Shown: positions 25,747 through 35,752, numbered from the stretch's first letter. The stretch is 64,000 nt of DNA from an uncultured Pseudomonadota bacterium (GCA_964446935.1 CAYUQI010000005.1:757-64756); one strand, 5' to 3'. Program-made: numbers and translations. The notes: generated by a model from the sequence alone, not told the origin.

Positions 25747-28467
25747 TTAACCACGTTCTTCAATGGTAACAATTGACCCTGTTGCACCTTTTTCCACAAT
25801 AAAGTGGACTGGAAAATTGTGCTTAAATTCTGGTAAATGCGATACAATAATAATTTTTGAAAATTCTGATTGTATTGCGTAGATTGAGTCCATAATGTGA
25901 GCAAGCCCCTCTTCATCCTGTGATCCAAATCCTTCGTCGATTACAAGCGTTTGTAAGGCTGTTCCAGCCCTTCGTGCCAGCAATTTTGCAATGGCGATAC
26001 GGAGGGCAAAATCAATTCTAAAGGCCTCCCCGCCTGAATACATTTCATATGGTCTCATTCCAGCTGCATCTGCTATGTGAATATCCAGGGTTTCTTTAAC
26101 CCCGCCACTTTTGAGATCTTTGAGCGATTCAATAAAAATTTGTGCCTGATTATCAGAAAGTTTACTCAAAAGAGTGTTTGCTTCTTGTTCAATTTCCGGG
26201 ATTACATCTTCAATCAAGAGAGCCTGAATGCCGTTTTTGCTTAATGCAGCAGCAATAGTTTGATAATCATCGATTTCTGTTTGTAGTGTTACGAGGTGGC
26301 TTTTGTGTTGTTCTTGCAACTCTTTTATTTTTTTTAATCTGATAAGGTCATTTTCTATGCTGCCTATCTGTTGTAGATGAAGCTCTTTGGCGGTTGCTAG
26401 TTGTTGTCGTTGTTTGGTTTGTTGCTCAATAATGCTTACAAGGTTTTGCTCTTCCTGTTCCAGTGTAGGCATTGATGCGCATTGGTTTCTCATTTCTATA
26501 AGTATCTGTTTAAATCGTTTTAATTCTTGGTATTGCAGATGAATAGATTTGGCCTGCTCACTTTGGAGTATTTGTGATTGATTGAATGTTTCTAATTGAT
26601 GAATGGTGCCTTCCAGTGTTGTCCGTTGTTCTTGAATTTGTGCATAAGCGGTTGGATCATAGGCGATTGCGATTTTCTGGCGCTCAAGATCATTGATAGT
26701 TTCCAGAAGAGTTATCGCAGTAGCATTGTGAGCAATAGTATGAGCTTGCTCTTGTTCATGCTGTGTTATGTTATTCTGTGATTGGGTTGCAATTGCTTGT
26801 AAATCATGTGATTGTTTCCGTAAACCCTCAAGTTCGACTTTATCTTTTTCAAGATTTATTTCGAATTCTTGGATGGCCTTGCTATTTTCTTGTTCTTGAA
26901 ATGAATGCTGCATTAATTGCGCGAGCTGTTTTTGTTGATTATTAAGAATTTCGTGTTGTTCTAATAAAAGATTTTTAAGCGTTTTTATAAGATTGCCAAC
27001 GCGATCAAGTCGATGTTGCAAAAAAGTTTGATTATGAAGTATTTGATGCGTTAAAAATAGCTTTCGTTTGTTGGTGAGTAATTGTTCACACAAAGGGCAA
27101 GCTGGGTTGGCCGTATCATTGATAATTTTTTGCTTTGTTGTGATCTCTTCAAGTGCGTTCTTAACCCAATTGCCGCGTTGAATGAGCGTTTGGTAAAATG
27201 CCTTACGTTTTTCAAACTGTTTTTGCGTTGTATCAAGTGTATCTTGTTGTTTTTTTACGAGCTCTTGGCTTTGTTGAACATCATTCTGTTTACGCTTAAG
27301 CGCGTCAATCTTTTGTTGCAGGTCAAGGATTTGTTGTTGTTTTGAGGCTATTAATGTTTGATGATGTTGGTAGGTGAGGTCGTCTTGTTGAGCAAGCAAG
27401 TGTAGTGCTGCGCGTTTTTTTTCATGTTCACTTGTAATGTGATTGATGTGTTGTTGGAGCTGCTCTTTGAGGTGTAAAAGTTTTTCTTGTACGACAAAAT
27501 GTGATTGTTGTGAATCTATAAGCTTTTTTTCATGTTCTTTAATGAGCTTTAATTCTTGTTGAAGGTGTTGTATGGATTGTTGGTTTCGTGACTGAGCATG
27601 AAATGTGCGCCATTTCTGAACACGTGCTAGCCAAAGGGCGGTTGTTTCTTGATACTGGCGTTGCTTGTCTTCCAGATCGCGTTGTATTTGCGTTAAGGCA
27701 TGCTTTTGGTTGCGGCATGTGACAAGGGAGCTCTCGCTTCCTTGGATGCATTTAAAGAGATTTTCAAGCTCGCAAGAGAGTGAGGTTATGGTCTCCTTGG
27801 TTTTTGTGTACATCTCATTACATTCACCTTCACGTTCCAGATCTTTGATGTATTGTTCTTGTAGTGCGCTGATGGTGCGTTTTTCTTCAGATAAAATCTT
27901 TATTTTTTCAAGTGCTTGTTGGGCAAGGTCATCGTAGTGGGTCAGCCCTAGGATTGTTGCAAGGATCTGTTTGCGGTCTTTCGCTGATTTTTTTGAAAAT
28001 TCGTTTGCTTGTCCTTGTCGCAGGAAAGCAGAATTAATAAATGTTTCGTAATCAAGTCCAATAATATGTTCAATACGTGCTTGTGTAGCTCGAACAGTTT
28101 TCTCGGTGAGAGACATAAAAGCACTGGTTGTCTGATTTAATGTTTCAAAATCAAGGGCATGATATGGTTTTCCATATGTTTTGGCAAATTCTCTGCGAAC
28201 GCGATATCTTAGCCCATTGCATGAAAACTCAAGGCACACCATCATGCGTGTTTGCCCAAGGCGCAGCAGCCCTTCATCAGCGCGTGTGGTACCTGAAGCC
28301 TTTCGTGCTTGGCCCCATACAGCCCACGTCAATGCATCAAGCAAGGCTGTTTTGCCATGTCCATTCTTGCCTGATAGGCATATGAGTGTATGGTCTTTGA
28401 AGTCGATGCGTTGAATCGGCTCCCCATAACTTAAAAAATTTTTGAGTTCAAGGATGTGTGGAATCAT
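25747..28467 (-). CDS. sbcC: SbcC/Rad50-family DNA repair ATPase
   Basis: 906 aa with N-terminal Walker A GKNGHGKTALLDAL and a very long Q/E/L-rich coiled coil. A central CxxC hook lies within NPACPLCEQ. C-terminal signature YSGGEAFRIDFALRIA and Walker B LVIDEGFGSQD. Confidence 0.85.
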   Translation of the reverse strand: MIPHILELKNFLSYGEPIQRIDFKDHTLICLSGKNGHGKTALLDALTWAVWGQARKASGTTRADEGLLRLGQTRMMVCLEFSCNGLRYRVRREFAKTYGKPYHALDFETLNQTTSAFMSLTEKTVRATQARIEHIIGLDYETFINSAFLRQGQANEFSKKSAKDRKQILATILGLTHYDDLAQQALEKIKILSEEKRTISALQEQYIKDLEREGECNEMYTKTKETITSLSCELENLFKCIQGSESSLVTCRNQKHALTQIQRDLEDKQRQYQETTALWLARVQKWRTFHAQSRNQQSIQHLQQELKLIKEHEKKLIDSQQSHFVVQEKLLHLKEQLQQHINHITSEHEKKRAALHLLAQQDDLTYQHHQTLIASKQQQILDLQQKIDALKRKQNDVQQSQELVKKQQDTLDTTQKQFEKRKAFYQTLIQRGNWVKNALEEITTKQKIINDTANPACPLCEQLLTNKRKLFLTHQILHNQTFLQHRLDRVGNLIKTLKNLLLEQHEILNNQQKQLAQLMQHSFQEQENSKAIQEFEINLEKDKVELEGLRKQSHDLQAIATQSQNNITQHEQEQAHTIAHNATAITLLETINDLERQKIAIAYDPTAYAQIQEQRTTLEGTIHQLETFNQSQILQSEQAKSIHLQYQELKRFKQILIEMRNQCASMPTLEQEEQNLVSIIEQQTKQRQQLATAKELHLQQIGSIENDLIRLKKIKELQEQHKSHLVTLQTEIDDYQTIAAALSKNGIQALLIEDVIPEIEQEANTLLSKLSDNQAQIFIESLKDLKSGGVKETLDIHIADAAGMRPYEMYSGGEAFRIDFALRIAIAKLLARRAGTALQTLVIDEGFGSQDEEGLAHIMDSIYAIQSEFSKIIIVSHLPEFKHNFPVHFIVEKGATGSIVTIEERG

Positions 28468-28555
28468 AAAACTATTGGAATCTCATTTATTACATAGTAT
28501 GCTGATCAAACCATGCATATTGTAGCATAAAAATCTAAAAGCGCTTAGTTTTCCC

Positions 28556-29671
28556 ATGATACAAATTGATCGTCGTTATTTTCGATATTTTGACTGGATG
28601 AGCTTCGGGCTTATTATCCTTTTGGTAGGCATGGGGTTGTTATTTGTGTTTAGTGCTACCTACAAGCCGGAGCGACCGTGCTCTTTGTTTCTCAAAAAGC
28701 AGCTTATAGGTGCTGCTGTCGGGATGCTTATTTATTTTTTATTTTGTGCAATTGATATTCATCGATTGACCAGATGGGCATTAATTGGGTATTTATTAAC
28801 GCTTTGTTTATTGATGTATTCATTTGTGGGCGGGCTGGTTGCCCTTGGGGGAAAGCGGTGGATTTCGGTATATTTTTTTAAATTTCAACCATCTGAACTG
28901 ACTAAATTGTTTCTTCCTGCCTTTATAGCTTCATATTTTGCTGACATTGGGGTGCCGCGATTTTTTACTGAATTACCGGTGATTTTTAGAGATTTTTTAC
29001 CGGCATTAGCATTAGTGGGATTTAGCTTTTTGCTTATTCTTAAACAACCGGACCTTGGTACTGCTTTAATACTTTTATTTTCAGCGTTGATATTGTTTTG
29101 GTTTATTGGTATTCCGCGAAAGTTTTTTATTGTTTTGGGTATTGTTGGCATTATTGCTTTGCCTGTCTTGTGGCGATGCTTAAAACCATATCAACAATCA
29201 CGAATTTTGGTTCTTCTGGGACATGGTGATGCCAGGAAGGAGCGATATCAGATTGAGCAATCGAAGATTGCAATCGGGTCAGGGGGCTTGTGGGGTAAAG
29301 GGCTGCTAAAAGGAACCCAAAATAAACTTGAATTTTTGCCAGAAGATCACACCGATTTTATTTTTTCAGTTGTATGTGAGGAATGGGGGTTTGCAGGTGC
29401 ATCTCTTGTGATTATTCTTTATTTGTTATTGTTTTCGCGCCTGATTTTTGTGATTATGCAGGTAAGAAACTTCTTTGAACAAATTGTTGGGGTAGGGCTT
29501 ATTGTGCATATGTTGCTGTCGGTGTGTATTAATATTGGCATGGTTACTGGTCTTTTACCAATTGTTGGCATTCCTTTGCCGTTGTTTAGTTATGGAATTA
29601 CCAATCTCTGGATTACGTTTGCAAGTTTAGGCTGGTTGAATAACATTGCCATCCGACGTTTTTATTTTTGA
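28556..29671 (+). CDS. rodA: SEDS-family peptidoglycan polymerase (RodA/FtsW)
   Basis: 371 aa polytopic protein with FQPSELTKL, LKQPDLGTAL, EDHTDFIFSV and GIPLPLFSYG motifs typical of the FtsW/RodA/SpoVE family. RodA versus FtsW cannot be decided by eye. Confidence 0.88.
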   Translation: MIQIDRRYFRYFDWMSFGLIILLVGMGLLFVFSATYKPERPCSLFLKKQLIGAAVGMLIYFLFCAIDIHRLTRWALIGYLLTLCLLMYSFVGGLVALGGKRWISVYFFKFQPSELTKLFLPAFIASYFADIGVPRFFTELPVIFRDFLPALALVGFSFLLILKQPDLGTALILLFSALILFWFIGIPRKFFIVLGIVGIIALPVLWRCLKPYQQSRILVLLGHGDARKERYQIEQSKIAIGSGGLWGKGLLKGTQNKLEFLPEDHTDFIFSVVCEEWGFAGASLVIILYLLLFSRLIFVIMQVRNFFEQIVGVGLIVHMLLSVCINIGMVTGLLPIVGIPLPLFSYGITNLWITFASLGWLNNIAIRRFYF

Positions 29672-30868
29672 TTGTGCTGCTTTTTGTAAAATTTCTGCAA
29701 CAATTGTTCTGATATTTTTTTTAAATAGTTGTTCTTGGGGTATTTGCTCAGATGTCTTGAGTGCTATATAACGTTTAATCAGAGGACGAAGATCTTTTAA
29801 TCGTGTGAAGACGGCACCATTCCCTCGTTGTTTTATCCAGTCAATTGTTGCTCTTTCCCAAAAAAGAGATGGGCCTGTTCGATCAATAAGCAGAGGGATA
29901 CCATAGTGTAAAGCTTCATTGCATACATTAGGACTTGGTTGGGTGATCATAATGTTGGAAACAGCCATAAGATCAGATATTTTTGTGGTAAATGGAATGA
30001 TTGAGAGTGATATGTGTTGGGGTAATTTGTATGCATTAAGACGCGGAATTAATTTGGTATTTTTTCCAATACAGGCCAAAATATGCAATGGGATATCGAT
30101 AGATTGTAGTTCCTTTACATAAGAAAGTAGACTATTCGACCCCATTCCCCCTCGGATGAGCATAACAATTGGCTTGTCTGTTGGGAGATTCCATTCGGAG
30201 CAAATGGACTTTTTATTTTTAGGAACGAAAAAATCATTACGCAAAGGACTTCCGATTTCCTTGACCGCCGTTAAAGGAATTTTTTTCTTTTTAAGCTGAG
30301 AAGTAATGAGTGGCGTTTGGCAATTAATGGTAATGGTAGCATTATCGGCAAATTTACCTTTAAAACGTTCTAAATTTGTGAGCCAGAGGTATAAGTTTGC
30401 ATCCAAAGTGATTAGAAGAAATGGTATGTTGCAACGATATGCTGCTCGAGCCGCAGGATAATTAACTAAGGGAATAACAGAGATCAAAAGGTCAGGCTTT
30501 TCTTGCTGTAAAAACTGATAAAACGTTTGTTCAAAATGTTTCATGTGCATTTTTAAAAAGGCAACTCCTGGGCATTGAACGATAAAATTAGCAAATCGAA
30601 TCCACCCGCTTTGCACAAGAGAATCGTACCATTTTTCACCGGTAAAAGAGCCATTACTTTTTTTTGAAAAAAAATCACGAATGGGTGCAACAAGTTTTAT
30701 AGTGTGTTCGGGTAATGCATTTTTAAGTGTGTCACATGCAGATTGATGGCCACATCCACCCGTGCTGGTAAAAATAACGATTTTGGCTTTTTGTGGCATT
30801 GCTTGTCCTTGGGCAATGCTGAGTAATAACGCAAAGGTAGACACGCCCAATAAAAAAAGCTTTTTCAT
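29627..30868 (-). CDS. GT28-family glycosyltransferase (MGDG synthase/UgtP-like)
   Basis: Start moved to ATG 30868 (MKKLFLLGVSTFALLLS). The N-terminal KIVIFTSTGGCGHQSACDTL matches the G-x-GH motif of MGDG-synthase/UgtP-type enzymes, and the C-terminal half is GT-B-like. The 3' end overlaps rodA by 45 nt (convergent). Confidence 0.6.
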   Translation of the reverse strand: MKKLFLLGVSTFALLLSIAQGQAMPQKAKIVIFTSTGGCGHQSACDTLKNALPEHTIKLVAPIRDFFSKKSNGSFTGEKWYDSLVQSGWIRFANFIVQCPGVAFLKMHMKHFEQTFYQFLQQEKPDLLISVIPLVNYPAARAAYRCNIPFLLITLDANLYLWLTNLERFKGKFADNATITINCQTPLITSQLKKKKIPLTAVKEIGSPLRNDFFVPKNKKSICSEWNLPTDKPIVMLIRGGMGSNSLLSYVKELQSIDIPLHILACIGKNTKLIPRLNAYKLPQHISLSIIPFTTKISDLMAVSNIMITQPSPNVCNEALHYGIPLLIDRTGPSLFWERATIDWIKQRGNGAVFTRLKDLRPLIKRYIALKTSEQIPQEQLFKKNIRTIVAEILQKAAQSKIKTSDGNVIQPA

Positions 30869-30951
30869 GTCTAAATCCCCTTGGATAAAATAATTTTGCA
30901 GCTCCCCTCTTTTACTATGGGGAATTTGTGAAGGAACTTGCAATAAAATAA

Positions 30952-31818
30952 TTAATGTAAGGTTTTATGTCGCAATTGTTTTTGATATACAAGGATAAGT
31001 GTGATGATTGTTAGTAAAAATAAGAAGTGAACGAATAACGATTGCCGAAGATCGATATCAATCCACCAGGCAAGTGTTGGTACATAGGTTATGCAAGGGA
31101 TTCTTCGTAATACTACTTTGACAAAAACAAGGCCTGCATGAATTCCCATGCCGATATATAACTTGTTGGTAATTGCAAAGACGGTGTTTAATAACATACC
31201 AAGCAAAAACAGACCCAATCCAAGTCGCCAGTCTTGTGTTATGAGCATGAGAGGATTAGTCAAATTGTGGGCAAGGGCAAAAATAAGTGAAGTAATCAGA
31301 GCACTTGTTATGACGGGAAGTTTTTGTGCTAGAAAGGTGAATAAGGTTCCACGGAAAATAACCTCTTCGGTCCATGCAAGGAAAAATGTTGCAACAAAGC
31401 CCCATATAAGACTGCCTGATTTGGAAACAATCCTAGAAAGAGTTTCTTGAATGAATACCGCATTGTCTGTATAACATACAAATGCAAGAATGAGGCTATG
31501 AAGTACGAAAAATGCTGAAAAGAACATAAAAAATTGTTTGATCCAACCGACTGTTCCTAAGAACGAAATATTTGTTTGCCAGAATGTGGTACGGTAGGCT
31601 CGTGAGGCTGTTGTGACTAAAAGCATGATATGAAGAAGTATCATGATGGTAAAAACAACCTTCCCAACGCCACGGTTTGCCAACAATGAAAATGTTGGAT
31701 CGAACCAGCAAGCAATTGGTTGTAGTAAGCAGAAAGAGATCAAAAGAGAAAGGGCCGATAAAACTATCGGCCCAATTGCACGGAAAAACCGCGCTATTTT
31801 TACAAGAAGTTTTTGCAT
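30952..31818 (-). CDS. CPBP (CAAX/Abi) family intramembrane protease
   Basis: 288 aa polytopic protein with EEVIFRGTLF (motif 1) and ALAHNLTN (motif 3 His). Confidence 0.78.
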   Translation of the reverse strand: MQKLLVKIARFFRAIGPIVLSALSLLISFCLLQPIACWFDPTFSLLANRGVGKVVFTIMILLHIMLLVTTASRAYRTTFWQTNISFLGTVGWIKQFFMFFSAFFVLHSLILAFVCYTDNAVFIQETLSRIVSKSGSLIWGFVATFFLAWTEEVIFRGTLFTFLAQKLPVITSALITSLIFALAHNLTNPLMLITQDWRLGLGLFLLGMLLNTVFAITNKLYIGMGIHAGLVFVKVVLRRIPCITYVPTLAWWIDIDLRQSLFVHFLFLLTIITLILVYQKQLRHKTLH

Positions 31819-32096
31819 TAGGCTGAGCGAAGTTGCTCTTTGAGATGCTTGCCTGCCTTGAAGCGTGGGACGCTGATAGCAGGAAGGTGGATACGTTGCT
31901 TGGTTGATGGGTTAATACCAAGACGTGCAGGACGCTTGGAAAGCCAATATGAACCAAAGCCGGTCAAGGAAACCTTGCCACCTTTTTTGAGTGTTCTTTC
32001 AACAATACGTGTGAAGGAACTTAACACTTTAGCAATATCCTTTTTGCTAAAATTTGTTTCTTCACTGAGTGCGGCAATCAATTCACTCTTATTCAT
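31818..32096 (-). CDS. hup: DNA-binding protein HU
   Basis: 92 aa: MNKSELIAALSEETNFSKKDIAKVLSSFTRIVERTLKKGGKVSLTGFGSY...RPARLGINPSTKQRIHLPA..VPRFKAGKHLKE. This is the canonical HU/IHF fold signature. Confidence 0.9.
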   Translation of the reverse strand: MNKSELIAALSEETNFSKKDIAKVLSSFTRIVERTLKKGGKVSLTGFGSYWLSKRPARLGINPSTKQRIHLPAISVPRFKAGKHLKEQLRSA

Positions 32097-32383
32097 GTGA
32101 ATCTCCTAATATATAGTTACACCCTAATTTCCACTGTTTCAATTGTGAAATCTAAATGCTGTTTGTTCGTTTGTCAAGAGAATTAACACAAGAATGTTGT
32201 TGGTGCGCGCACATTTTGTATTGTTATTTTTGGCGAAGAAAAAATATTACGATTTCTTGTGGCAAAAGTCCATTTTCTTTTCTGGATGAAATGGCTTTGA
32301 TCGATGTAAAAAATTTTGTTGTAGAAAGGGAGTGTGATAGACTTAACATTTTATTTAGACCTTAGACCTTGGAGGATATTGGG

Positions 32384-33217
32384 ATGTTTGTCGATACGCA
32401 TTGTCATTTGGATTTGATCGCGCGACTTGATGATGAGAAAAAACCGCTGAGTGATGCAGATTATGTGATTATTGATCGTGCTTTGCATGAAGCTGTACAA
32501 GCTGATGTTGGTGCCTTTATTAATATTGGAACATCGATTGCAGGAAGCATTCAATCGGTTGAACTTGCACAACGATATGCTAATGTGTATGCATCCATTG
32601 GTATTCATCCTTGTGATTGCGGTACCGGTTCTACAAACGAGCTCAAGCAACGCATGCAATCATTACAGCTATTATTGAAGGACAAGGAATCAAATAAGAT
32701 TGTTGCAATCGGTGAGATTGGTCTTGATTTTTTTCATAAGCCATACGACAAACAAGCTCAAATTGATTTTTTTAAAGCGCAGATAGAATTAGCTTTGCGT
32801 TATGATCTTCCTATTGTAATCCATGTTCGTGATGCAGCCGATGAGCTATTGCGTGTGGTTGAAGAATACGTAAAAGATAAACTTCGTGGCGTTTTCCATT
32901 GTTTTCTACAAAAGAAAGATTTTGCCGATATTATTCTGGACTGGGGTTTTTATGTTGGCCTTGATGCGCCTATCACCTACCCTAAAAATGAATCCTTGAG
33001 AAATGTCTTTAAAGACATACCACTTGAACGGATTCTGTTGGAAACTGATGCTCCATTTTTACCACTGCAACAGTATCGTGGGCAACAAAATCGTCCGGTT
33101 TATATTCCGCTGATTGCAGAGGCACTTGCAAATATAAAGGGCATTGATGTTGCTACTGTTGAAACAGTTACAACGGCCAATGCCCAGAAATTATTTGTAT
33201 TTATGCAGCAAGTGTAA
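32384..33217 (+). CDS. tatD: TatD-family metal-dependent hydrolase/DNase
   Basis: GGAGG lies 8 nt upstream of ATG 32384. N-terminal MFVDTHCHLD, then AIGEIGLDF, IHVRDA, VFHCF and ETDAPFL motifs. Confidence 0.88.
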   Translation: MFVDTHCHLDLIARLDDEKKPLSDADYVIIDRALHEAVQADVGAFINIGTSIAGSIQSVELAQRYANVYASIGIHPCDCGTGSTNELKQRMQSLQLLLKDKESNKIVAIGEIGLDFFHKPYDKQAQIDFFKAQIELALRYDLPIVIHVRDAADELLRVVEEYVKDKLRGVFHCFLQKKDFADIILDWGFYVGLDAPITYPKNESLRNVFKDIPLERILLETDAPFLPLQQYRGQQNRPVYIPLIAEALANIKGIDVATVETVTTANAQKLFVFMQQV

Positions 33218-34568
33218 TGTTGCCAATATATTCTTTTTTGAAGTTCGATGTATAAATTGATCCTGTTTGCACTATCATTTTGGAAAGCTCTATGGCTGGC
33301 AATGCGATTGGTGTTTGTGTTGTTGTTACCCCAAGCGTGTGAGCCAGTATAAGATTGGTGATGAATTTAACAACATCTGTTTGTTGTTCTAACGAAGGAT
33401 TAATTTCTATTTTCTGTTGAGTGGTATCCAATTGGCTTGGGCAGGTTGTATTGTTTAACAAGTTCCACATAGTATCGAGTGCTTGTTTATATTCTTCCTG
33501 ATTTTTGTTTTGAACCAATGTTACTTGTGTGAGTCTATGTGCATCGATAGCGTTTGCTATTGATAACGCTGCATCAAACATACCAATAATACGAAGTGCG
33601 TGTCCTACTATTTTGAATGCCTCGAGTGTTGTTGGAAGTGCTGTTGGCAATGGTGGTAGGTTGAGCGTTTGGGGTAATAATTCAACGATGGTCTTTAGAT
33701 CTGTGTAGAACGAATTCATGGTGCCTTCTAGTGTTTGATATTGTTTGTATTGTGCCCAATTTTTCCCCATCATGTGATTGATAAGTGATGAAGAAAAGGT
33801 AAGTGCCGTACCTGCTAAAGCGAGTGAGGGTAGGATAGTAAGGCCGAGCCAACTAGCTCCCCACCCAAGCAGAGCTTGCGTTGGATAGTATCCCCAACTG
33901 TTGCCGAGGTGATGAGAGATGAATTGTGATACTGGATTCGAGATCAATGAGGATAAAAAGCTATTGGTTGCGTTATAGACGCATGTGTTAGCAAGCATCG
34001 ATGAGGTCAGAGTAAGTCCTGGCTCTATGAGACGTTTAATCATGGACGGTTGTTTTAACGTGGCATACATGATCCATTGATGGATAACGTTATTAAAAAA
34101 TACTTCTTGAGCACGGGTGTCAAATTGTTTCAGCATGGTTGTTACTTTTTCCCGTGATGGAGTATGTAATGCAGCGTCGATTGCTGTACGTTTTTCTTCT
34201 AAATCGCTGGGCTGTGACATCCATTCAGTTAAGGTAAGAAGTCCTACAATAGTTGATGGTTGAATCGTACTTAAAACCTGAAGAAGAGGTTGCGTGATAA
34301 CATCAAATGAAATGGCGGTGCTGTCGTTGCTTGGTGACAGGTGACTGTCTTTGATAAGTTGTTCCATATGCTCAGCTGCAATGCGTTCTTGGCGCTCTGA
34401 TGCTATCTTCTCTTGCATTTGGCTAAAGTCTTTATCATCGATATGAGCGAATTCATCATTTTTAAGCGCCGAAAGATAGGCGTCAAAAAGGGTGTTCGCA
34501 TTGCATACGGATGTAAGCGATATGCTTATAGTTACGCATATTGGTGCAATGTTTCGTAGGAACTTCAT
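33201..34568 (-). CDS. hypothetical secreted/membrane-associated protein (ORFan)
   Basis: 455 aa with an N-terminal signal-like segment MKFLRNIAPICVTISISLTSVCNA. A central hydrophobic stretch is present (ALLGWGASWLGLTILPSLALAGTALTF). No recognisable family. Confidence 0.5.
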   Translation of the reverse strand: MKFLRNIAPICVTISISLTSVCNANTLFDAYLSALKNDEFAHIDDKDFSQMQEKIASERQERIAAEHMEQLIKDSHLSPSNDSTAISFDVITQPLLQVLSTIQPSTIVGLLTLTEWMSQPSDLEEKRTAIDAALHTPSREKVTTMLKQFDTRAQEVFFNNVIHQWIMYATLKQPSMIKRLIEPGLTLTSSMLANTCVYNATNSFLSSLISNPVSQFISHHLGNSWGYYPTQALLGWGASWLGLTILPSLALAGTALTFSSSLINHMMGKNWAQYKQYQTLEGTMNSFYTDLKTIVELLPQTLNLPPLPTALPTTLEAFKIVGHALRIIGMFDAALSIANAIDAHRLTQVTLVQNKNQEEYKQALDTMWNLLNNTTCPSQLDTTQQKIEINPSLEQQTDVVKFITNLILAHTLGVTTTQTPIALPAIELSKMIVQTGSIYTSNFKKEYIGNITLAA

Positions 34569-34594
34569 TCTAGATAACCTCTATTTATATATAT

Positions 34595-35752
34595 TTACGA
34601 TACCTGTGCACCACTTGCACCTATTACGACAGGAACTGCAAGGGCAAGTCCTATGCCATACAAAATAGTTTTAAGCGTTTTAAATTGTGGGCTTCTTCCG
34701 CCTCGTTGTGATTTATTTAATTGATAAATTTTATACGTTGCGAAAATAGAAAACAGTCCGGCAAATGTTGTAGCAATAAGTGTGCCGTTAGGATAAGCCG
34801 CATGCCACGATTTCCATGTAAGTATTGGATGGAACATGTGATTGTATAATGATGACCATCCAGAACAAATGGTGTTTTTGATTGATTGCCACATTCCGTT
34901 TGGTTGTAATTGAGCGTGCATCTGGCTAATAAGACCCTTATCAAAGGATACTTGTGGGAACAGTGTGTTGAATTCTTCATGGGTTAATGTTTTACCACTT
35001 GCAAGATTGATAGCTTCTTTGAGTTCGGTTTCACTTTTCTGTACGAGGTCGATAAGGCTATTGGCTATGGTTGTTTCCATTGTATTTTGTGGGCCGCCAT
35101 GGTTGATGATAGTAGACAGTACGGTCCAATTGTTTTTTACAAAGTAATAGGTGCCAGTTACATTAGTCTTATATTGTTCTAGCGCTTTGCTAATAAGATC
35201 TTTGGATACAATTGTTCCTTGAATTGTTTCTATCTTTTTAACTAAAGCATCTATTGCAGAATTTCCTTGAACAATTGAAGGATTGAGCAGTGAACCTAAT
35301 CGAGAAAAAATCGGTTGTTTGTCTAATGTGTTAATTTTGGGATCTACATACCAGTAGTAAAAGGTACAAAAATGAAAGAATCTTTTGTACCAGACTGGAT
35401 TTCCTGTGCCGATAAGTTTATTACCATTTTCGATAATGGCACTGGAGACGTTATTAAGTAGCTCTTGCTCTGTGGATGCGCGCTCATAAAGCAAATTTTT
35501 GATGTCTTTTGCATGTGCTGATATTGCGTTACCTATTGTTCCATTCTTGATATATCCATCCATGCGGCGATATGCATCGTTATAAATTTTCTCGATAACA
35601 GTCCCTGTGGTACTATTACCCGATGTTGTAGAACCAGAGATTTTATTTGATAGTGATTCCAGCAAACATGGGCGAGCCATACTTGTTGCCCACGTTAATG
35701 ACAAGCTGCATGCAATCGCAATAACTATTTTTTTTAACAATGTAAACTTCAT
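34595..35752 (-). CDS. hypothetical secreted protein with C-terminal two-helix hydrophobic hairpin (ORFan)
   Basis: Start moved to ATG 35752 (MKFTLLKKIVIAIACSLSLTWA). The C-terminus has two hydrophobic helices (TLIATTFAGLFSIFATYKIY and ILYGIGLALAVPVVIGA) separated by a short basic loop. Confidence 0.5.
   Translation of the reverse strand: MKFTLLKKIVIAIACSLSLTWATSMARPCLLESLSNKISGSTTSGNSTTGTVIEKIYNDAYRRMDGYIKNGTIGNAISAHAKDIKNLLYERASTEQELLNNVSSAIIENGNKLIGTGNPVWYKRFFHFCTFYYWYVDPKINTLDKQPIFSRLGSLLNPSIVQGNSAIDALVKKIETIQGTIVSKDLISKALEQYKTNVTGTYYFVKNNWTVLSTIINHGGPQNTMETTIANSLIDLVQKSETELKEAINLASGKTLTHEEFNTLFPQVSFDKGLISQMHAQLQPNGMWQSIKNTICSGWSSLYNHMFHPILTWKSWHAAYPNGTLIATTFAGLFSIFATYKIYQLNKSQRGGRSPQFKTLKTILYGIGLALAVPVVIGASGAQVS

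Noticed and set aside
29627-29671. Convergent 45-nt overlap of rodA and the GT28 gene, and the 17-nt tatD/ORFan overlap at 33201-33217, as possible antisense regulation
   Set aside because: Short 3'-3' overlaps are common in compact genomes. There is no structure or motif to support a regulatory role.
31496-31957. 153-aa minus-strand ORF spanning the CPBP/HU junction
   Set aside because: It is out of frame with two well-supported genes (HU and the CPBP protease), and its composition looks like frame-shifted membrane-protein sequence.
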